The notes under the pieces were generated by a model. The model saw only the letters and a program-made list of their open reading frames with translations. It made no database searches and was not told where the DNA came from. The translations under genes and the position numbers were made by a program. Shown in pieces: positions 15,801 to 23,900 of a stretch of 25,116 nucleotides of DNA; the stretch's first letter is position 1; the number at the start of each line of letters is the position of its first letter. Source of the DNA: a virus (Duplodnaviria; Caudoviricetes); IMG/VR virus record IMGVR_UViG_3300027863_000165, positions 1-25,116 of that record; one strand, given 5' to 3'.

Positions 15801-16467
15801 TTTAGTAAAGTTAATCTATGACAATATAAAGCTACCAACTACGAGAAGAAATGACCCCTTCATAATCAATGTGTCAGCTATATATACATCATGCCCAAGA
15901 GGCTTCCTGCTAGCCGCTAGGCACAATGTTCTGATGCATTCTTCTGATGAATTGCCACCTGCAGTAAAAATGACTTATGCAATTGGAGTTAAGATTGAAG
16001 AGATTATTCATGAGGCCTTATCAGATTATGAAATCAAGGCTGAGCCTCTTAAATTGAAAGTAAAGGACTTCCTGATTGTAGGACATATGGATCTTCTGAT
16101 CGACTATGAAGGGAACAAATATATTCTTGAAGTTAAATCGATTTCCAGGGATCAGTTTAATTCTCTAGTTGCTCCAATTGTAAAGCATGAACATCAGCTT
16201 CGGACTTACCTCTATTTAGCTAAGAAAAACAGATTAGATGTTAAGCGAGGGTTTCTAGTTTATGTAGCTAAGGAATATGTTCAGCATCCGATCAAAGTTT
16301 TTGAAGTTGAGCTTACTAGGCATTTTGAAAAACAGATGAAAAAATTTATCGATGGAGTTAAAAGTGGGGATAGTAAAAGATTATGCCCCACTCCTAATCA
16401 TGCAAAGATTATCAATTGTCCAGTCATTGATCTATGTTTCTCGGAGGTAGAATCATGGACACATTGA
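15736..16467 (+). CDS. Cas4-like PD-(D/E)XK exonuclease
   Basis: CPR, GHMDLL, LEVKS, QLRTY and C-terminal C...CP...C (probable Fe-S ligands); exact start uncertain. Confidence 0.85.
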   Translation: MSENVIDQSMQTDSSKTMTESDLVKLIYDNIKLPTTRRNDPFIINVSAIYTSCPRGFLLAARHNVLMHSSDELPPAVKMTYAIGVKIEEIIHEALSDYEIKAEPLKLKVKDFLIVGHMDLLIDYEGNKYILEVKSISRDQFNSLVAPIVKHEHQLRTYLYLAKKNRLDVKRGFLVYVAKEYVQHPIKVFEVELTRHFEKQMKKFIDGVKSGDSKRLCPTPNHAKIINCPVIDLCFSEVESWTH

Positions 16468-16775
16468 AGAACAATAGAAAGAGAGCAAAGATGCATCAAT
16501 GGGAAATAGCTAAAAAGTTTGGTGGTGTTAGTGTAGGAACTCTTGGGAAGGCTGATGTTATCACAGAGGACATGTCTATTGAATGTAAATCATTTAAGAG
16601 ATTTGCTGGTTTTAGGTTATTTGAACAAGCTGTTAGGTATGCTGGGGATAAAATCCCAGTCTTGATCGTTCATCTTTACGGTAAGAGATATGATGATGAT
16701 TTATTTGTGATTAGGGTAAAGGATATCATCAAACTGAAAGAAAGATGGGAGAAGAAGAATGAACGACAAGATTAA
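16455..16775 (+). CDS. Small PD-(D/E)XK nuclease, Holliday junction resolvase-like (likely start 16455)
   Basis: ADV....IECK catalytic pattern; RBS GGAGGT. Confidence 0.7.
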   Translation: MDTLKNNRKRAKMHQWEIAKKFGGVSVGTLGKADVITEDMSIECKSFKRFAGFRLFEQAVRYAGDKIPVLIVHLYGKRYDDDLFVIRVKDIIKLKERWEKKNERQD

Positions 16776-17112
16776 GCTTCACGGAGACTTTGACTGCTGT
16801 TGTATTTGCGACAAAGAAATGAAGCCGCTCCATATTTGGAAACCTCTTCCTAAAGTTTATATGTGTAAAGAATGTTTTGAGCATCTCCGTAAGTTTGGCT
16901 TAAACATAGGAAATAGTGCTCAGTTAGTAGATTGGATTAAGTCAGCCAGCCTTGAAGAGGTAATTAGAGTTCTAAAAGATAGATACGTTAGATGTTGCTA
17001 CAGCAATGATGTCGATGATGCCTTGATTAGAAAAGGAGTTAAATTTGTTGATAATAGAATTTTAAGTTTAGAGTTATATGACGATTCAGTGTGTCAGTTA
17101 CTTAGAAATTAA
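16759..17112 (+). CDS. Zinc-finger-containing hypothetical protein
   Basis: CCICD...CKEC; overlaps the upstream gene. Confidence 0.7.
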   Translation: MNDKIKLHGDFDCCCICDKEMKPLHIWKPLPKVYMCKECFEHLRKFGLNIGNSAQLVDWIKSASLEEVIRVLKDRYVRCCYSNDVDDALIRKGVKFVDNRILSLELYDDSVCQLLRN

Positions 17113-17151
17113 ATCCTACATAATTTGACATATCAATAATGGAGAAAAAAT

Positions 17152-19569
17152 ATGGACAATTGTAAAGATTGTCCTCTTAATGCGTCTAATAAAGTTGGAT
17201 ATGAGATACGGGAAGGAGCCAGCGTTTTATTCATTGGAGAAGCCCCTGCACAAGAAGAAGTTAAACAAAGAAAGCCTTTCGTTGGAAGAAGCGGGGCTCT
17301 CTTAGAAAAAATGTTATTTCTTATTGGTTTGAGGAGAGATGATGTATCTATCGCAAATGCCTTAATGTGTCAAATTCCTCCAAATACTCCTGAGTCTGTT
17401 ATCAGAAATGCTCTTAAATGCTGTCATGAAAATGTTTTGAGAGGAATTCAGCAGGCTAATCCTAAGCTTATTGTGTGTCTCGGGGATAAAGCCTTAAAAC
17501 AAGTTTTAGGAAAAAGCGCTGGCTCCATCTCCAAAGCACGGGGAAACATTTTCTCTATAAACGGTTATAATGTTCTTCCTACTTTCCATCCAGCCTATAT
17601 CCTGAGAAAATGCCATGCTAATTACCCTAACATCAATAGGGATGAGATGTATGCTAGTGAGCTATTGTTTCTAAATGACTTCATGAAGATTGCTGAGATC
17701 CTTAATGGGAATATCAGACAGAGTAAGCTTGATACTGATAAGTATAAAGAGATTTATGATCATGAGATCGAGCCTTTGCTTGGATTATCAAAGATTATCT
17801 TTTTTGATCTAGAATGGGATGGCGATAAGCTTCTGTGTGTTTCTATGGCTAATGGATCTGACTATGTATATGTTTACATGGTAGAGAACAACACTATTCC
17901 AGAATCATTGAAGGCCATCTTTGAGAATCCAAATATTCATAAAGTTGTAGCTAATAGACCAGTTGATGAATTGTGGCTTGAAAAAGTTGGATGCAAGGTT
18001 AATGGTGTTGTTCATGATATTTTTCTAATGGCTCATTTAATTGATGAGAATATTGACGTTATGTCACTAGAAATGCTCGCTCAGTCTTTTCTTGGGACAG
18101 AAAGAATAAAGGAGTATGCAAAAGGGAAAAGGTTTAATCTTTCATCACTTCCTAAAGATGATTTACTTGTATATTCAGCTGTTGATACAGATGTTACTAG
18201 CCAATTGTATCAAGTTTTCAAGAAGCAGTTACTTAGTCATGAGAAGCTCCTTACTTACTATGCATATTTCTTACGTCCAGTCTCTGATTTACTGCCGATC
18301 TTAAAAAGTTACGGCTGTAAGATTGATATCAAGAAGCTTAAGGAAAACCAAGCAAAGCTTGAGGAGAGGCTTAATGAGATAGAAAAAGAGGCCTTAGATT
18401 TAATTCCAGACAAGATCAAAATCAAATACTCAGATAATCTGTCATTAACTAGAACTAATATCATTACTGATTATCTATTCTTGGATAAGGCTGGGGTTAG
18501 GCGCAAGCCAGTGATTACCACTAACAAAAACAAAGCCCCAGCCACTTCTGAAAAGCATCTTAAAATGTTTATGGATGTTCCATTCGTCCAGAAGCTATTC
18601 GAGTTTAAGAAACTCAAAAAGCTTATCAGCACATACCTAGATCCAATGATGGACTATATCTATTCTGATGGAAGAGTTCATCCTGATACATTTCTTTATC
18701 GAACTGTAACTGGAAGAACGGCTATGACTAATCCGCCAATTCAGCAGATTCCTCAACGTGGATCTGAATATATTGATTATGTCCGAGAGATTTTTGTTGC
18801 TGATGAAGGCTATAAGATGGTCTCTTTAGATCTAAGTCAGAGTGAGCTGAGGATAATGGCTTGGTTAGCTAACGAAACTAATATGCTTAATGCTTTCATG
18901 CAGGGAATAGATATTCATGCTCTAACAGCCAGCCTTGTTTCTAAAAAGCCTTTAGATCAAATTACAAAGATAGATCGACATCATGCTAAGGCGATAAATT
19001 TCGGATTTATTTACGGTATGTCAGCCAAGTCGTTCATGCAGTATGCTAAGGACACATACGATGTATCCTATACTCTAGAGGAAGCTGAGGAAATCAGAGA
19101 TAAGTATTTCAAGGTTTATCCAGCTGTAGCTAGATATCATGATCAAATTAAAGCATTTTTGAAGAAATACGGATATGTCGAATCGCCTCTGGGAAGAAGA
19201 AGACGGCTTCTAAAAATCTATTCTGATGATATCAGTGAGCGGGCTGATGCTGAGAGAAAAGCAATCAATTTTCCTATCCAAAGTTTTTCATCTGATTTAG
19301 GATTGTTAGGAATGAAGTTGTTTTATGATGCCTATATGTCCAATCCGAGATTGAAGGATAAAGTTAAGCTCTTATGGTTTATTCATGATGCTATTTTCTT
19401 TCAAGCTGAAGAGGATGTAGTTGATGAGGCAATAGCCTTAGCTAAAGAATGCCTAACTAAGAGAACATCAGAATACATTCGTAAATATTTTGGGTTTGTT
19501 GTTGGGTATCCTATCGAAGCAGAGGCTAAGGTAGGGGATAATTGGGCTAACTTAAAGGAGGTGAAATGA
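17152..19569 (+). CDS. polA: Family A DNA polymerase with N-terminal family-4-like uracil-DNA glycosylase domain and 3'-5' exonuclease
   Basis: UDG: CKDCPL, GEAPAQEE, PFVGRSG, TFHPAYILR; Exo: FFDLEWD, YSAVD; Pol: TVTGR, DLSQSELR, RHHAKAINFGFIYG, IHDA. Confidence 0.95.
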   Translation: MDNCKDCPLNASNKVGYEIREGASVLFIGEAPAQEEVKQRKPFVGRSGALLEKMLFLIGLRRDDVSIANALMCQIPPNTPESVIRNALKCCHENVLRGIQQANPKLIVCLGDKALKQVLGKSAGSISKARGNIFSINGYNVLPTFHPAYILRKCHANYPNINRDEMYASELLFLNDFMKIAEILNGNIRQSKLDTDKYKEIYDHEIEPLLGLSKIIFFDLEWDGDKLLCVSMANGSDYVYVYMVENNTIPESLKAIFENPNIHKVVANRPVDELWLEKVGCKVNGVVHDIFLMAHLIDENIDVMSLEMLAQSFLGTERIKEYAKGKRFNLSSLPKDDLLVYSAVDTDVTSQLYQVFKKQLLSHEKLLTYYAYFLRPVSDLLPILKSYGCKIDIKKLKENQAKLEERLNEIEKEALDLIPDKIKIKYSDNLSLTRTNIITDYLFLDKAGVRRKPVITTNKNKAPATSEKHLKMFMDVPFVQKLFEFKKLKKLISTYLDPMMDYIYSDGRVHPDTFLYRTVTGRTAMTNPPIQQIPQRGSEYIDYVREIFVADEGYKMVSLDLSQSELRIMAWLANETNMLNAFMQGIDIHALTASLVSKKPLDQITKIDRHHAKAINFGFIYGMSAKSFMQYAKDTYDVSYTLEEAEEIRDKYFKVYPAVARYHDQIKAFLKKYGYVESPLGRRRRLLKIYSDDISERADAERKAINFPIQSFSSDLGLLGMKLFYDAYMSNPRLKDKVKLLWFIHDAIFFQAEEDVVDEAIALAKECLTKRTSEYIRKYFGFVVGYPIEAEAKVGDNWANLKEVK

Positions 19570-19850
19570 TGAGAGTTAAACTTGTAGCTCCAAAGTATCT
19601 AAATAATAAGGAGGTATTGTTCTATCAACATTTCTTTGAACTAAAGAAAACAGAAACTGCTTTTGGAGTATCAATAGTTGAGACTGAATCCCCTAAGAGT
19701 GATGATGGAAGATTCGATCTTGAAGAAATAGCACTTATGGCTAGTAATGTAGGTTTTGCTTTAATAGTTATCTGGAATGGAGAAGAATATGAAGCTTTTA
19801 TTCCAGATACCCATTATGACATACAAATGTTAAAAGGGGAGGAGGGTTAA
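19566..19850 (+). CDS. Hypothetical protein (94 aa)
   Basis: RBS AAGGAGGTG; ATGA overlap with polA. Confidence 0.8.
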   Translation: MMRVKLVAPKYLNNKEVLFYQHFFELKKTETAFGVSIVETESPKSDDGRFDLEEIALMASNVGFALIVIWNGEEYEAFIPDTHYDIQMLKGEEG

Positions 19851-19851
19851 G

Positions 19852-20022
19852 GTGGAAGTTAAACCGAAAGTAGAAAAGATTCTAGAGGATGGTGTTATGG
19901 TTGATATCACCCCAGTTCTGAAAGCGCTTTCACATTGGATAGATATCCAATTGTCCAAACCAGATATAGATGTAGACGCTTTCGTTCCAGAAGAATTAAA
20001 AAGAAAGGAGGGCGAGAGTTGA
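19852..20022 (+). CDS. Hypothetical 56-aa protein missing from the ORF track (MEVKPKVEKILEDGVMVDITPVLKALSHW...)
   Basis: GTG start with RBS GGAGGAGGG; fills the gap between adjacent genes. Confidence 0.7.
   Translation: MEVKPKVEKILEDGVMVDITPVLKALSHWIDIQLSKPDIDVDAFVPEELKRKEGES
19919..19932. promoter_or_regulatory. Exact intragenic copy of the TGAAAGCGCTTTCA palindrome
   Basis: Seen in sequence (codons L-K-A-L-S of the 56-aa ORF). Confidence 0.5.
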
Positions 20023-20192
20023 TTTATTCTATTGTCTATCAAATGGATGACGAACAATGGGGTGCCAGTGTTCTTGGGTTTGTGTCAGATTATTTTGATA
20101 GTAAAGAGGCCGCCTTAGAATGGGTTATTAGGAAACTTGAGGATCGAATTTTTGAACTAGAACACGGGAGGGGTTTCTATGGCCAAGATTAA
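20019..20192 (+). CDS. Hypothetical 57-aa protein (likely TTG start at 20019)
   Basis: RBS AAGGAGGG; TTGA overlap with the upstream stop; the ORF-track start at 19935 is probably too long. Confidence 0.65.
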   Translation: MIYSIVYQMDDEQWGASVLGFVSDYFDSKEAALEWVIRKLEDRIFELEHGRGFYGQD

Positions 20193-20418
20193 CCACAAGT
20201 TTATCGATTTCTATACTTTCAAATTAGAGATAGATAAAGAAGAAGGGCTTATTCTAGGAAGAGAAGAGGACTCTGAGATAATCTACGAGAACTTACCAGA
20301 GGTCATCAATGTAATTGTTAATGGGATGATGGAAGGAACTCTTCCTAATGATGTAACCTTTTTATTTGGTAACTTCAAAGTATCAATTACATTTGAAGAG
20401 GAGGAGGATGATGAGTAA
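20179..20418 (+). CDS. Hypothetical acidic protein (79 aa)
   Basis: RBS GGGAGGGG. Confidence 0.75.
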   Translation: MAKINHKFIDFYTFKLEIDKEEGLILGREEDSEIIYENLPEVINVIVNGMMEGTLPNDVTFLFGNFKVSITFEEEEDDE

Positions 20419-20623
20419 GGCTGAAGATACTCTGCTGGAGCATCTGGCCTTTCAGACTCTTAAATTCGCACTTGAGTCTAAAGATATCCCTATAGAGAGA
20501 GCACAGTTCATTGTTGAATCTATAAGGTTTTCATGGAAGGGGATTCTTCATGCAGCTACGGCAATGGCGTCAGTGGAGAATGAAAGAAAACTTATTGAGA
20601 AAGGAATAAAACATGCCAGATAA
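20411..20623 (+). CDS. Hypothetical protein (likely start 20411)
   Basis: RBS GGAGG 6 nt upstream of the ATG. Confidence 0.7.
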   Translation: MSKAEDTLLEHLAFQTLKFALESKDIPIERAQFIVESIRFSWKGILHAATAMASVENERKLIEKGIKHAR

Positions 20624-20918
20624 TGATAAAGATCTAAAGGAGTTACTAAGTAAAGATAAAGATGAAGTTCTTTCTGAGGTTAGAGTTAGAATACATGCTA
20701 TTCTCTCCATGATTGCCAGCCATATAGAAGAATACGAGTTTGATGAAGCGCTGCTTCTCTTAGTCTCTCTGTTATCTTTTATGACATTTCTATTGTGTAT
20801 AAGGAATGATCATTATGATGAGATAGCTGATTATAAAGCTATGGTTATTTCTCTCTATGGGAATCTATTGAATGCCCTTGCTGAGGATATTCAACAAGGG
20901 CATCTTCAGATTAACTAG
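20613..20918 (+). CDS. Hypothetical protein (101 aa) with a hydrophobic helix
   Basis: RBS AAAGGA; ALLLLVSLLSFMTFLLCI stretch; last rightward gene. Confidence 0.7.
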   Translation: MPDNDKDLKELLSKDKDEVLSEVRVRIHAILSMIASHIEEYEFDEALLLLVSLLSFMTFLLCIRNDHYDEIADYKAMVISLYGNLLNALAEDIQQGHLQIN

Positions 20919-23900
20919 CTTCCTCTAACTCATCCAGTTCTCCCCATTCATCCATCAAAACCGCAAGCTTATTAGGTTCTCCCTTAGCTCGCTTAAGAAC
21001 ACCTTTAATGGAGGTTGCAGTGATTAAAGGCACTGCACCTCCATATTTTGCTACTCTCATATTGTAGTCATTAACATCCTTTTCGATAATCTTATTCAAA
21101 TCCTCATATGTCTTTGCGTATCTAATCTTACTATAGATTGAATTTCTCTTTGTGGTATAGAATTTCTTTATTGTATCTGTTGCCTGAAAAACAGAGGATG
21201 ATTCTGCTAATGTTACTGGTCTAAATCCTAGTAAAGTAAGTAGCATATCTGATGAGCTTAATTTGACTGGTCTTCCATAAGGATCTGTGATTGGAGTTCC
21301 ATATAGAGTTCTTATTGGTTCATCCTTAGCTACGTTTTGATAAGCTACTAAAGATTTATCTATAATAACTGGCGATAATGCAGTTAATGCTCTAAGAGTA
21401 TCGCCTCTCTCAAGAGCTAATTTAGCCTCAGTAAAACTGGTGCCTACTCCTCTCCAGGCTCCCAGAATAGTATCAACTATTCCAGTCTCTGACCATTCTT
21501 TAGGCAAGAGATCCATCCTTATAGATCCAGACATATCCACTCCTAGGAGGCTCATTATTCCGAATTCAGCCATTCTTCCTGCATCTTCTCCGATATTCTT
21601 CTTTATGTAATTTACTACTGCTTTTTCTGGGTCGTAAGGCTCACCTGTGATTTTAGAAAGGAGCCACGCAAAGAAGTTTGCTACTTCTTTTAGGAGAGGA
21701 ACACCAAACAAACCACCAAAGATCATGTGCCACAAGGCTGATGTTACTACTTTATCAGCATATCTTTTTCCATTTTCCCTTTTAAGAGAATCATAAGCCC
21801 ATCCTATAAAGTTTATCTGATAATTCTTAAGAAGAGTTAACATTCTGACTATAGAAGAGGTATCTTTCTTCAGAGCAATAAGCGGCTTATTAAAGATGTT
21901 GTATATATGATAAGCTCTATCTATGTATTTAGATGCAAATTCAATAGCTTCTTCTCTAGTTAATCCTTTTTCTTTTGCTAATCGGTATGCCGCTAAAGCT
22001 CCAGCTATTCTTGATGTTTCTTCCGCTCTAGCAAACAACCATAAGCTGTTTTTAGTAAAAGAAGCCATCCATGCTGGAACCTTACCAGTTGTTTCTCGAT
22101 GTAGGTCGAGTACGTAAGCGCTTTCAACCTTAGAATTGATTAGCTTGGTAAGAAGAGATAATTCTCCTTCAGTCAGATTCAATTTTTCGCTTAAAGATTT
22201 AATTAGTCCTTCACTGGACGGGTTCCTTATATATTGAGCCATTATCTTTGCGGCTTCCATATATGACTTAAAGTATCTACCAATAACATTCCCGTGGGTT
22301 TCCAAATACTCATTCAGCTTAGCATCTGATGCTGATAGGTATCTCTTTGGCTCATATTTTCTAAGAGCATCAGCATCTGCTTTAACAAACCCTTGTAATT
22401 CTGAGAATCCAGTTAAAGCCGACTGAGTTAACTGCACAAAGGCTGACGAAAATCTAAACCCTAGAAAATGAGATACTAACAAGGATGATGCCATTGATGA
22501 GAATCTATCAAGTTGGCTTGCATTTATACCTACTGCATCAATATAATCTCTGACATATTCAAATAAGTTAGGATCTTGTGTTATCTGCTTCCTAATATCC
22601 TGATTATCAAATAACTGTTTTATACTTCTTGCAGTATTGGTTCTAGAGATATTACCTGACATTGCTATTACATACTGCTTAAAGGCTCTGGATACATTCT
22701 TATCATATCCACCAGTTATTATTGGCATCATCTCTTCATTACTGAGTTTCTCTACTCTTCTTTCTCTCTGAATCAATCTAGAAAGAGCCATGCTTCTTCG
22801 TCTTAAGTCTATGTCTATATTGCTAGTGATATGATCTATGATCTCTTTTAACATCTCTTTCTTAGTCTCATCTGTAGTTCTTTCTTCTAGATCTTCAGTT
22901 ATGTATTTCAAGTATCTCATTACTGCTTCATTCGTTACATTATCATAGAATAACGAAGAAGGAGCCTCATTGATATCTTTTATCAGCACAATGTCATTAT
23001 CGCCCTCAGGCTTGATCTCATTGAGTTGATTCCTATCAGTTATCTCTATTACATTGTATCCCTGTTTCTGTAGCTCTCGCTTTACTCTATTATAGATTCT
23101 TGTAGCCTCTACACTCTCTCTTAGAGTTGACCCTTTCTTTGTATGTTCTCTGTAGATATCAACCCAACCAGTCTTCTCTTTCCTATCGCTGTCTATGTAT
23201 GTAGTATACTTATAGACCTTTACTGCATATCTTCCATTTGGTCTGATTCTCGGGAAATAAAAACCTTTAGTTAGCTGGTCATAATAATTCTCTAACCTAT
23301 CTACGTTAGTAACTATATCATCAAGCATGTCTACTAGCTCACTCTTTTCTTTATCGCTCAGCTCTATATCGTTGTCCATAGCAAATCTATCTATAAATTC
23401 GGATATTGAATGTATTATACTCTTATGTGTTGTATTCATGATGTCTTTTATTGTGTTAACAAAGTTAGTTGGATCCTCTATGATTATAGATTTAATCAAT
23501 TTATCTTTTACTTCTGATGTTATATGTCTATATCCTGGCATTCTGGATATTATATCTATGATCATCCTCTGCTTTGATGTAATATAGTTTCTAAACACCT
23601 TATCCATCGATGCTTTAAATTCTTTATATGCACCAATGGCTTCGTCATCTAAACCAAATCTATCTTTTAATTCTTTATCATCTAATACTACTTCTAACTC
23701 TCCGCTGTAAATAATGGCCTTATCCAATTTGTCTTTCATATCTTTTGATAATCCATCGTATTTATCTATAAATTCCTTGGATGTGCTGTATACTGCCAGG
23801 TTTCTACTCTCTTGTGATTTGATCATGATATCTAGCAATTTTTGAATAGGTTCTCTTCTAATCCACTGTGGAGGTAAGAAGTTCTTCTCGAAAGAAGACA

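Noticed and set aside
15736-16467. cas4 as part of a CRISPR-Cas locus
   Set aside because: No other cas genes or array; the context is a phage recombination module
17125-17151. TTGACA upstream of polA as a promoter
   Set aside because: No acceptable -10 at 16-18 nt, and it is too close to the start codon
17152-19569. Intein or intron in polA (also checked dnaB and recA)
   Set aside because: Lengths and motif spacing are normal, with no splice-junction or homing endonuclease signatures
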